DNA of 64,000 bases from an uncultured Armatimonadetes bacterium. GTDB taxonomy: Bacteria > Armatimonadota > UBA5829 > DTJY01. The position numbers and the translations under genes are program-made. This document shows positions 38,765 through 50,702 of this stretch, piece after piece. The stretch spans positions 864,001-928,000 of the forward strand of contig OY970325.1 of assembly GCA_963717145.1 (NCBI GenBank). Reading direction: 5' to 3'. Position 1 is the stretch's first letter. Each line of letters starts with the position of its first letter. Below the pieces are notes generated by a model. The model saw only the letters and a list, made by a program, of their open reading frames with translations. It was not told the DNA's origin and ran no database searches.

Positions 38765-39928
38765 TCACAGTGAACTCCACTCTGCTGCTGTCCTGCTACG
38801 GCTAGTGGAAGCTCTGGAGCGGTTCGCTGTGTCACCCCCTTCGGCCAGACTGAACTCAGCCCGCAGATGGCTAATGGCACCGCTGAAGGTCAGTTGGTGT
38901 CTCTTGAACACTCTATGGGTGTCGGGACCCAGTCATTTGACATACCTCTCCTCAACCTTACCCTCTTCGTCTGGATCGAAGACCCAGAACCGTCTGAGAT
39001 AGGCTTCGCTTGTCATGCCTAGGGCACAGAAGTAACGGAAGAATTGGTCGGTATCGGGCAGAGAGAAGCCGATCACATATATGTCCTCAGCTTCAGCCAA
39101 CTCACCCGCGGCAGCCTGCCATACCTCGGCAATCTCATGATATCTGTAACCCTTGTTGTACGTTGGGGGAACAATGAGCGGCCTGCACGGCCCCGTATGC
39201 CCGCATGTGTAAGTGAACGTACCCAGGAGAAACCGTCCGAGTGGTCGACCACCAGAACCCATGTCCTCCAGCTCATCCTTGTGGAAGCGCAGTGTGGCTA
39301 GATGCTTCCCAATGCTCCACCACGTAGGCTTCCCGCATTGTTCGCAGAACGTCCAGTTCAACGAGCCATGCAGCTTAAGCAGACTGATCCCGTCGTCTCG
39401 GCATTCGTTCAGACAGTAGTTTGGCTCGAGGCCTGCGTGATATAGCGCGTGATCTACGCATGGGTCGTAGTTGAAAGTCAGTACCGATACCGAAGGGGTA
39501 TCGGTAGACTCATTGTGTCTGATGACACGAAGCAGATCACCGAACGCAGCATACGCACCGGGCGGAACAAGACCTTCACCTCCGGGTCCTGGACTCAAAG
39601 CTATTGTTGCCCCAAGCGTCTGTGCGATGAGCCGTTCCATCGCAGAAGGAAGCTCTCCTACCTGCTCGGTTCCCATGGTTCCCAGCCTTCCGAGTAGACT
39701 GGCCATCTCAAAAGCCGCGAACAGGGATTCTACGTTCCGGTAGTCGATCAGTGCATTGGAATGAGTAGAAAGAAGCTGGTTACGGGCGCGGAGTACGAGA
39801 TCGGCATCGTCCGACGGAATCCTACCAGACTTGCTCAACTGCTGCGCTACGTCAAGGAAGTTTGCCATCACAGGTGCTCCTGCCTCAACCGACGCCCCTG
39901 CTCCCAGAATAAAGACTGTCTCAGCCAT
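38765..39928 (-). CDS. SIR2-like (SIR2_2) NAD-dependent domain protein; in-frame TGA at 38933-38935
   Basis: VFILGAGAS, LTFNYD, LLKLHGSLNW, CxxC, LIVPPT, VIGFSLPDTD; frame stays open for 55 codons after the TGA. Confidence 0.82.
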
Positions 39929-40038
39929 CCGCCACTCCTTGCTGTGCTGCCTTCACCATTTGGGGTAACCAGTAAGCACATAGGCCCTAGAGGTCACGCT
40001 ACCACCAGAGCCTATGTGCCTCTGTAACTAAGCGAGCA

Positions 40039-41109
40039 TCAGGCCATATCGGTCACGAACTGGGCGACCATGTCGCCGACCTCGGTGGTCGAGTAGCCCA
40101 TCTTGCCCGCGGTCATGCTCTTCATCTTCTCGCCGGTCGCCTGCGCGATCGCCTTGTCGACGAGGTCGGCCGCCTTCTGCCTCGCCGAGCGTCTCCAGCA
40201 TCATCTGCAGCGCGCCGATCGCCGCCAGCGGGTTGATGACGTTCTTGCCCGTGTACTTCGGGCGCCGAGCCGCCGATCGGCTCGAACATCGAGACGCCCT
40301 CGGGGTTGATGTTGCCGCCCGCCGCGATCCCCATGCCGCCCTGAATCATCGCGCCCAGGTCGGTGATGATGTCGCCGAACATGTTGTCGGTCACGATCAC
40401 GTCGAACCACTCCGGGTTCTTGACCATCCACATGGTGGTCGCGTCGACGTGCGCGTAGTCGGTCTTGATGTCGGGGTACTCCTTCGCCACCTCGTAGAAC
40501 GCGCGCTCCCAGAGGTCGAAGGCGAAGGTCAGGACGTTGGTCTTGCCGCAGAGGGTCAGCTTCTTCCGCTTGTTGCGCTTCCGGCAGTACTCGAACGCGT
40601 AGCGGAGGCAGCGCTCGACGCCCTTGCGCGTGTTGATCGACTCCTGGATCGCGACCTCGTCCGGCGTGCCCTTCTTCAGGACGCCGCCCGCGCCGGTGTA
40701 GAGGCCCTCGGTGTTCTCGCGGACGACCACGAAGTCGATGTCCTCCGGGCCCTTGTCCTTGAGCGGGGTCTCGACGCCCGGGTAGAGCTTCACCGGGCGC
40801 AGGTTGATGTACTGGTCGAGCGCGAACCGCAGCGCGAGCAGAATGCCCTTCTCGAGGATGCCCGGCTTCACGTCGGGATGGCCGATCGCGCCGAGGTAGA
40901 TCGCGTCGTACTGGCGCATCTCGTCGGCCGCGTCGTCCGGCAGCACCTCGCCCGTCGCAGATAGCGGTCGCCGCCCCAGTCGTAATGCGTCGGTCTCATA
41001 CTTGAATCCGGTCGCCTTCGCTGCCGCCTCGAGGACCTTGAGTCCCTCGCGGACGACCTCCGGGCCCGGTGCCGTCGCCGCCGATGACGGCTATCTTGTA
41101 AGTCTTCAA
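40039..41109 (-). CDS. leuB: 3-isopropylmalate dehydrogenase (several frameshifts, probably sequencing errors)
   Basis: TTG start with [59 protein letters not shown]. Confidence 0.85.
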
Positions 41110-41167
41110 AAGTCTATCTACCTCCTAGCTCTATGATTGCGGTTGGCCCACGTGCGGGGCCGCGCTC

Positions 41168-41196
41168 AGTATAGGCGATTATGCCTTCTATTGCAA
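41168..41196 (-). promoter_or_regulatory. Sigma-70 promoter of leuB
   Basis: Minus strand TTGCAA-17nt-TATACT. Confidence 0.7.
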
Positions 41197-41205
41197 GTGC
41201 TCGAA

Positions 41206-42560
41206 TTGCTTCACGAACGATGTTACCGAAACGGAAACGTTGCCTCAGATAAGAATGTTACCGAAACTGAGGCATGGAGAAGATGACAACTGCATCCGTA
41301 AGAGAAGTCGTGAGGCGCAAACGCAAAGAATATGGCAAAGCCACCAAATCGGAGAAGAAGCTGGTATTGAGTGAAGTCCAGGGATTGACCGGTTACCACA
41401 GGAAGTCGCTGGTGAGGCTGTTCGCGAAAGGAGTTCCACCAGCGAGGAGTCCAGTGAGACGCGCAAGGAAGTCGAAATACGAGCCGATAGCCCACAAGCT
41501 GAAGACACTCTGGGCTGCGAGTTTCTACGCGTGCGGTAAGCGTCTGCAGCCGTTTCTGACTGAGTTTCTACCCATACTGGAGTCATTCGGGGAGATAACG
41601 GTTACACCAGAAGAAGAGAGGCTGCTTAACTCGATCAGCGCGTCGAGCATCGACAGGTTGATGAAGAAGGAGCGGTCTGCCCTATCGCTAACAGGGAGGA
41701 CCTTAACAAAGCCGGGGACACTGCTTCGGTCTCAGATCCCGGTGAGGACGTTTGCCGACTGGGATGAAGCTGAGCCTGGGTTCTTCGAGATGGACTTGGT
41801 GGGTCATTGCGGAGGTGACGGGAGCGGAGAGTTCCTGTATACTTTGACTATGACTGATGTAGCGACCGGATGGGTAGCGCTTGATGGAATGAAAGGCCGA
41901 GGGGAGCACGGAACCGTGCTTGCGGTGCAGTCCGCGTCCAAGAGCGCACCGTTTGCAGTCAGAGGCATAGATACCGACAACGGCGGCGAGTTCATCAACC
42001 ATCACATGAACAAGTACTGTCGAGCGCACAGGATCACGTTTACGCGCAGTCGGCCTTACAAGAAGAACGATCAATGTCATGTAGAGCAGAAGAACTGGAG
42101 CGTAGTCCGGCAGTTTATAGGTTACCGGCGATTCGAGACGGACGAGCAGCTTGCGGTACTAAAGGCGATATATCCGCTGATCGTGGCGTATCACAACTTC
42201 TGTCAGCCCATGATGCGTCTTAAAGAAAAGGAGCGGATTGGGAGTAAAGTGATCAAACGCTATGAGCCTGCGATGACGCCGTACCGCAAGCTGATAAGTG
42301 TTGAAGGATGGCTTGACGATGAAGCAAAGGATCGCCTCGATAAAGAACGTAGAGCGACGAACCCGGTGGAGCTACTAAGACGCATCCACAGGCTATCATC
42401 AAAGCTTGACAGGATGCCGAATAAAGACAGATCGAAAGCGAGCAAGGCGCGGCCCTGAGCGGCGATCAAGAGCCGATCTGACATACTTGAACACACTACT
42501 TGGTAACATTATCAATGACGCAACGAATGGCGTTTCGGTAACAAAGTTAAATGAGGCAAC
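41206..42560 (+). mobile_element. IS with rve-type DDE transposase (ISNCY/IS481-like); ends approximate
   Basis: Each end has two copies of GTTGCCTCA-N7/8-TGTTACC(GAAAC) in inverted orientation; no TSD found. Confidence 0.8.
41274..42458 (+). CDS. DDE integrase-core transposase
   Basis: FEMDLV, DTDNGGEF, SRPYKKNDQCHVEQKN. Confidence 0.92.
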   Translation: MEKMTTASVREVVRRKRKEYGKATKSEKKLVLSEVQGLTGYHRKSLVRLFAKGVPPARSPVRRARKSKYEPIAHKLKTLWAASFYACGKRLQPFLTEFLPILESFGEITVTPEEERLLNSISASSIDRLMKKERSALSLTGRTLTKPGTLLRSQIPVRTFADWDEAEPGFFEMDLVGHCGGDGSGEFLYTLTMTDVATGWVALDGMKGRGEHGTVLAVQSASKSAPFAVRGIDTDNGGEFINHHMNKYCRAHRITFTRSRPYKKNDQCHVEQKNWSVVRQFIGYRRFETDEQLAVLKAIYPLIVAYHNFCQPMMRLKEKERIGSKVIKRYEPAMTPYRKLISVEGWLDDEAKDRLDKERRATNPVELLRRIHRLSSKLDRMPNKDRSKASKARP

Positions 42561-42581
42561 ACGCCAGCAGGTCACCAGTTC

Positions 42582-43931
42582 CTACTCGCTCCACGGCTCC
42601 TCGTGTTCGCCGAAATGCAGGATCAGGTCCGATCTGTCCAGTGGACCATCCTCTCTGAACTGCGGGAGGTAGTCAGCTTCCAGCTCCAGCAGCTCATCGA
42701 GAATCTTCTGAGCTGCTTCTGCACTATGAACGATGGGGTCGGCGAGGAGCGCTTGCAGAGCAGTATCCGTTGATCCGTCGTTCGCTGCCTCGACGATGAG
42801 TCTCTGCATCCCCGCCTGCGTGTTGCAGAGGGATGCGATCCCGTTGGGAAGGTCTCCGATCCGGAGTCCCTGGATGCCGTAGGAACTGATGATGGCCGGA
42901 ACCTCGACGATGACATCCTTAGGCAGGTTGGTGATGTAGCCGTCGTTCGGGATGTTGACCGCGAGTTCGAGGTGATTGCTGTTTGAGAGGATGCCTGCGA
43001 TGATGTCGATGGCGCGCTCGCCTGATCTGCGGTTGAGAAGATCGGTGATGGGCTCCTGGCCGTTCAGGACGCGTCGGATGCGCTCCCACATCTCCTCGCG
43101 ATACCGAGCACCAGCTTCGAAGTCATAGCCCTTCGTGCCGCAGTACTCGTGAGCGAAGGGGAGATACTCGCCGATGTGATCGTCGCCGGGCGACGGATAG
43201 TAGTGGAAGGTGTCGTACATCTTGCGACAGAGCGGCTGGAAGGCAGGATCGTAGTCCTTCAGACACTCCTCCAGCCTGGGATAGGCATCCTCACCTGTGT
43301 CCTTGAAGCGCAGGTCGAGGATCCAGGTGAAGTGATTCAGGCCGGCCGCCTTGACGTCGAGGTTCTCGGCATCGACTCCCATCACGCGTGCGAGGTTCTG
43401 AAGCTGTCCGCCGATCCCGTGACAGAGTCCGACCACTTGAACGTAGAGGTACTCCTTGACCGCCATGCAGAGCTTGGGGACGGGATTGGTATAGTTGAGG
43501 ACGAGTGCGCTCGGGCAGTACCCCCAGACATCGTGGCAGATGCTCAGCATCAGGTGGTGGTTCCGCATTGCATGGAAGAGACCGCCCGGTCCGCCGTTCT
43601 CGCCGAGCACCTGCTTCACGCCATGTTTGAGCGGGACCTCGAAGTCGAGCTTCCACAGCTTCTCGCGTTCGACCTCGAAGGAGGTAATGACGAACTCCGC
43701 ATCGGGAAGCGCCTCTCTCCGGTCGGTCGTGTGCTCGATCGTCAGACCCGCGCCGGCGGCTTCGTTCATCTTGCGCGCCAGGGTGGCGATTGTCTCGAGC
43801 GCCTCTCGGTTGATGTCCACCAGGGACACAGTGCTCCCCTTGAACCCGGGTGTGTTGATGATATCGCCGATGGTCCCGAGTCCGAATGATGCGCTCCCCG
43901 CGCCGATAAGTACGATCTTTGTAGCTCTCAT
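42582..43931 (-). CDS. melA: GH4 NAD-dependent alpha-galactosidase/glucosidase
   Basis: KIVLIGAGSASF, GENGGPGG, LNYTNP, GLCHG, AGLNHFTW. Confidence 0.88.
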   Translation of the reverse strand: MRATKIVLIGAGSASFGLGTIGDIINTPGFKGSTVSLVDINREALETIATLARKMNEAAGAGLTIEHTTDRREALPDAEFVITSFEVEREKLWKLDFEVPLKHGVKQVLGENGGPGGLFHAMRNHHLMLSICHDVWGYCPSALVLNYTNPVPKLCMAVKEYLYVQVVGLCHGIGGQLQNLARVMGVDAENLDVKAAGLNHFTWILDLRFKDTGEDAYPRLEECLKDYDPAFQPLCRKMYDTFHYYPSPGDDHIGEYLPFAHEYCGTKGYDFEAGARYREEMWERIRRVLNGQEPITDLLNRRSGERAIDIIAGILSNSNHLELAVNIPNDGYITNLPKDVIVEVPAIISSYGIQGLRIGDLPNGIASLCNTQAGMQRLIVEAANDGSTDTALQALLADPIVHSAEAAQKILDELLELEADYLPQFREDGPLDRSDLILHFGEHEEPWSE

Positions 43932-43961
43932 TGGTGTCTCCTTCGCTGCGGTCCGAAGCCG

Positions 43962-43990
43962 ATTCTACTTGGCCATGAGCACTCTGTCAA
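43962..43990 (-). promoter_or_regulatory. Sigma-70 promoter of the GH4 gene
   Basis: Minus strand TTGACA-17nt-TAGAAT; AAGGAG RBS downstream. Confidence 0.78.
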
Positions 43991-44005
43991 GCAGACCGAT
44001 TGCCA

Positions 44006-45506
44006 GAAAGAGTTCACGATCGTTGATAGTGAAGTTTGTCAGGCTGGATCGGTCGCGGGTGTCTGAGGAACGCCCATGAGCATCCGCCGGCATGACTCCA
44101 TCGCATCTTCACCACGCAAGTGCCAGGTCCCGAATAGACTCATCAGCGCCATGCGGGTCTCAGATCCCTTGGCCGACCGTGTGCCGCCGCTGATCTTGCG
44201 AGCCGTTACCGCAGGCCGGATCGCTCGCTCGGCCGCGTTGTTCTCGCTTGGTACTTCCGGACATTCTACGAAGACAAACAGCTCCGGCAGGAACCTCTCG
44301 ATCCGCTGAGCCAGTATCCGCTGGGGAACATCCCGCTTCAGGTATGGCCTGGCGAGCCGATACAACTCTTCCTCGAATGCGATCCGCTGCTCGTGCCGAG
44401 CCTTCGACTCCTCGTTCGAATATCTCTTCGCGCGTCTGTAAACGGCCTTGACCTTGCCGACCCAGACTGCTACCCCTCTCTTGTCAGGGTTCGCCTCGAC
44501 GAGCGTTCGCAAGTCCCGCAGGTAGTGCACCCAGCACCGCTGATGCCGCCCCAAGAGCACGTTGTAACCGCAGTAGAAGTCGCTTACGACTACACCGCCG
44601 TAGTCCTCTCCCAGCACATCCTTTGCGACCTCTCCGCTCCGACTCTTGTCTCGGATGAAGTAGCGCACGCGTGGCGTCGAGAAGCTCCAGATGTATCCGT
44701 TCCTCCCGTCTTCCCGCCAGACCGGTCTCATCCGCGTTCACCGCAGGGCTTCCCCGCACCGCATGAAGAAGCTTCTCTACCTCCGACTTCCCCATGGATG
44801 CTACCGTATGTAGTATCTTTGTGATCTCTCCGCGCCCGAGATGCAGACCGTAGAGTGATTCCAGAAGCTTCTGCACACGCTCGACCGGCATTCTACCGAC
44901 CGTGTGGAGATAGCTCACCAGGCTCATCAGCCGGATGCCCACCCGGTGTGTCCCGACCACCTCTTCGGAGAGGTCGAGCTTCGGCACGTGTATCTTGTGG
45001 CAGACTCCGCAGTACCGTCCGATCACCAGGTGCTCGATGATCCTGACCGGCATCACCGGTATCTCGATCACCTGCCGGCTGTGATGCATCGTGCCGCCGG
45101 AGAGCTTCCTGCCGCAGTCGGGACAGGTGTCGAGCGCGTGCTCCACGATCTCCGTGGGGGTCTCCCTCAAGCGGGCAAACGACTTCTGCCGCTTCTTGCG
45201 ATCCTTCTTCTTGCGCTCGGGCCGGTTTGCCTTCACAAAGGCAGGTATCGTCCTGCCGCCGCCACCGAGCTTGGACCGGAGTTCTTCATTCTCCTTCTCA
45301 AGCGCTCGGACGCGTTCGGTCAGGGTGTCTACACCTTCACGCAACTCCAGGACGGCCTGATGCTGCTCTCGGATCGCCTGGTGCTGCTCCAAGACGATGC
45401 CGATCAGTTCTTCTCTTGATAGGTTGCCGAGATCGTTCACAACCTACCATTCGACAGCCGATCCTGGGGTACCTTCCTCAGATTATCAATGATCGTGAAC
45501 TCTTAC
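44006..45506 (-). mobile_element. IS66-family element (single-ORF, ISBst12-like), copy 1; frameshifted transposase
   Basis: Ends GAAAGAGTTCACGATC / GATCGTGAACTCTTAC; 8-bp TSD GATTGCCA (43998-44005, 45507-45514); extra A at 44721 relative to copy 2. Confidence 0.93.
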
Positions 45507-45570
45507 GATTGCCAAGGTCCACGGTTCCTGCTATTCTACGAAATGAGCAAGCAACCTTTGGAGGTGCGTT

Positions 45571-46053
45571 ATGTGGCATATGAGTCTTCCCTGGTGGGAG
45601 TTCCTGGTCCGGGCTGCGGTCGTGTACGTCTTCATACTGGTTCTTCTGCGACTCGGGGGGAAGCGGGCGATCGGTCAGATGGGCGCGGGGGAGTTCGTCG
45701 CGATCCTCCTGGTCAGCAACGCGGTCCAGAACTCGATGAACGGCGGTGACAACTCGATCAGCGGTGGATTGATACTCTCGACCGTCATCATCGGACTGAG
45801 CGTCTTCCTCGCATACATCACCTACTACTCGAAGACCGCCGAGAAGGTCATCGAGGGAGTGCCGGTTATACTGGTCAGGCATGGAGAGGTCATTCACAAG
45901 AACCTGCGACGCGTGCTCCTCAACGAGTATGAGCTGCATCATGCGCTCCGGATTCAGGGCGTTCGGCATATCCGCGATGTCTCCCTCGCCATCCTCGAAA
46001 GCGACGGCAAGATCAGTGTGACCTTGAACACCACGAACCACACAGGGCAGTGA
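45571..46053 (+). CDS. DUF421 (YetF) family membrane protein
   Basis: RLGGKRAIGQM, IEGVPVILVRHGEV, AILESDGKISV. Confidence 0.9.
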   Translation: MWHMSLPWWEFLVRAAVVYVFILVLLRLGGKRAIGQMGAGEFVAILLVSNAVQNSMNGGDNSISGGLILSTVIIGLSVFLAYITYYSKTAEKVIEGVPVILVRHGEVIHKNLRRVLLNEYELHHALRIQGVRHIRDVSLAILESDGKISVTLNTTNHTGQ

Positions 46054-46061
46054 GAGTGGTG

Positions 46062-46161
46062 GGAGTGTACTCCTTATGCGATCGGAGTGCACTCCTGACG
46101 CTATTGGAGTACACTGCTGCTACCTCAGGAGTACACTCCTGACGCCTTGGGAGGATACTTC
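46062..46161. repeat. Five palindromic GGAGTRYACTCC boxes at exact 22-bp period
   Basis: Boxes start at 46062, 46084, 46106, 46128 and 46150 (last is degenerate), with variable 10-nt linkers. Confidence 0.88.
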
Positions 46162-46184
46162 GACCGCACGGCTGCGACACCTGC

Positions 46185-47617
46185 GGGTGCATTCGCGTTG
46201 AGTGGGTAGCAAGTAAGGAAGGAGTCTCCTGTAATAGTCGGTAATGGTTTGTTGAAGGACAAACATTCCGAAAGGAGACTCCCAGAGAATGCTTACACTT
46301 TTGCACACAGACTCCCTCCTTCAGGCCGCTCGCGACTTTGCGCGCAGCTACATCGATTGCACGGACTTAGGGTCAGCCGAGGAGCGTATTCAGATCCTGG
46401 CGCGTCAGATTGCCGGCGCAATGATGAGTGAGGTTGCCGCCAAGATGAGCGGAAAGCCCACCTACAAGGGTGTTGGGATAGAATGCGAATGCGGCAGACT
46501 GGCCAGGTTCAAGGGATACCGGAAACGCTTCATTCGGACTTTGCACGGAGACATAGAGGTCGAGAGGTCATACTACCGTTGCGACCATTGCAGGCGGGGC
46601 TACATTCCATGGGACCGCGAGCAGGGGCTGTCCGAGAGAGTATGGACCGCCAGAGTGAAGGAACTCACCGCCTCGATCTGCGCCGCGCTTCCATATGAAG
46701 CAGCCGCAAGGCTGATCGAGCGAACCACGGGTATTGCGATCGAAGAGAGCAGCGAAGAAGAGATAGTCCGGGATGTTGGGGAATGCCTCCGCCGAGAGGA
46801 GCAGGAAGCGATCATCTCTGTGGTAGACACAGGTGAAGAGGTCTCCTGCGAGGCGACGCCACAGAGGCTCTACATTGGCATAGACGCGGCCAAAGCGCAC
46901 ACCGATGGCCAGTGGCATGACATCAAGACCATGGTGGTATACGAAGGCGTTCCGGCTGCAGGCAAAGACACGGATACCGTCACCAACTCGCGCTACATAG
47001 CGGCGCAAGAGACGAGCGACGAGTTCGGGAGACGGGTATACACCAGAGCACTGCAAGCCGGCTATGACGGGGCAAAAGAGCGTATAGTGATCGCCGACGG
47101 CGCAGACTGGATATGGAGAGAGGTCAGGAATCATCTGCCGGAGAGCATCAAGATCATCGACTACTGGCATGCCTGTGAGCACATATACGGCTTGGCGCGG
47201 ACACTCTACGGAGAGGGGAATCCCAAAGGGAAGCGCTGGGCAAACGAACACTGCCGGAAGCTTAAAGAGAAGGGGCCGGGGAGTCTGCTTAGAGCCATGA
47301 AGCGGCGCAGAGCACGAAACGATTCTGAGAGGGAAGCGCTTCGGATCGAGACAGGCTACTTCAGAAAGTACCGCAAGTACATGAACTACCCGGCATACAG
47401 GGCCAAGGGGATGATGATAGGCAGCGGTCCGGTGGAAGCGGCGTGCAAGGTGATAGTAGGCCAGAGGTTAAAGCAAGCCGGGATGCGATGGACGAAGGAC
47501 GGCGCAGATGCAGTGCTCGCGGTGAGAACTGCCCTCCTAAGCGGCGAACTGGCTCGGATCGAGCACGCAGCACGTGCCGCCTGAGCCGTGCTCTACCCAC
47601 TCTGAGGAATTCCACCC
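46185..47617 (+). mobile_element. ISKra4-family element
   Basis: Imperfect IRs GGGTGCATTCGCGTTGAGTGGGTAG / rc GGGTGGAATTCCTCAGAGTGGGTAG; 9-bp TSD GACACCTGC (46176-46184, 47618-47626). Confidence 0.9.
46289..47584 (+). CDS. ISKra4-family transposase
   Basis: CxC..CxxC zinc motif; IADGADWIW, IIDYWHACEH, IGSGPVEAACK..RLKQAGMRW. Confidence 0.92.
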   Translation: MLTLLHTDSLLQAARDFARSYIDCTDLGSAEERIQILARQIAGAMMSEVAAKMSGKPTYKGVGIECECGRLARFKGYRKRFIRTLHGDIEVERSYYRCDHCRRGYIPWDREQGLSERVWTARVKELTASICAALPYEAAARLIERTTGIAIEESSEEEIVRDVGECLRREEQEAIISVVDTGEEVSCEATPQRLYIGIDAAKAHTDGQWHDIKTMVVYEGVPAAGKDTDTVTNSRYIAAQETSDEFGRRVYTRALQAGYDGAKERIVIADGADWIWREVRNHLPESIKIIDYWHACEHIYGLARTLYGEGNPKGKRWANEHCRKLKEKGPGSLLRAMKRRRARNDSEREALRIETGYFRKYRKYMNYPAYRAKGMMIGSGPVEAACKVIVGQRLKQAGMRWTKDGADAVLAVRTALLSGELARIEHAARAA

Positions 47618-47633
47618 GACACCTGCATCTACA

Positions 47634-47692
47634 TTGACTTCAACCGCTTTTTCTGTTAGAATTGAGGGTCGGAGCGTCCGAACATCCGTGCG
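47634..47692 (+). promoter_or_regulatory. uvrA sigma-70 promoter and candidate LexA (GAAC-N4-GTTC type) box
   Basis: TTGACT-17nt-TAGAAT (47634-47662); CGAAC-ATCC-GTGCG at 47679-47692 (one mismatch to CGAAC-N4-GTTCG). Confidence 0.65.
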
Positions 47693-47710
47693 CTCCGGGA
47701 ACTCAATACT

Positions 47711-50558
<2,848 letters not shown>

Positions 50559-50559
50559 G

Positions 50560-50690
50560 TACACAGATGGCACAGATGGCGGAGGATAGAACAGATGGAA
50601 TCCAGAGTCGCTTCATGCTTTCCTGCCATCTTGGTTTCCTGATAGAGAATCATCCGTGCTCTCCGCTTTTCATCTGTGTCATCTGTGTTC
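50560..50690. repeat. ACACAGAT-type low-complexity inverted repeat, related to 2389-2575
   Basis: acacagatggcacagatggcggaggat ... catctgtgtcatctgtgttc. Confidence 0.7.
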
Positions 50691-50702
50691 TAAGTTTTGC
50701 CG

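Noticed and set aside
46062..46161. CRISPR array or ISKra4 terminal structure
   Set aside because: 12-bp repeats with 10-nt linkers are too short, and the array lies outside the TSD-defined IS boundary.
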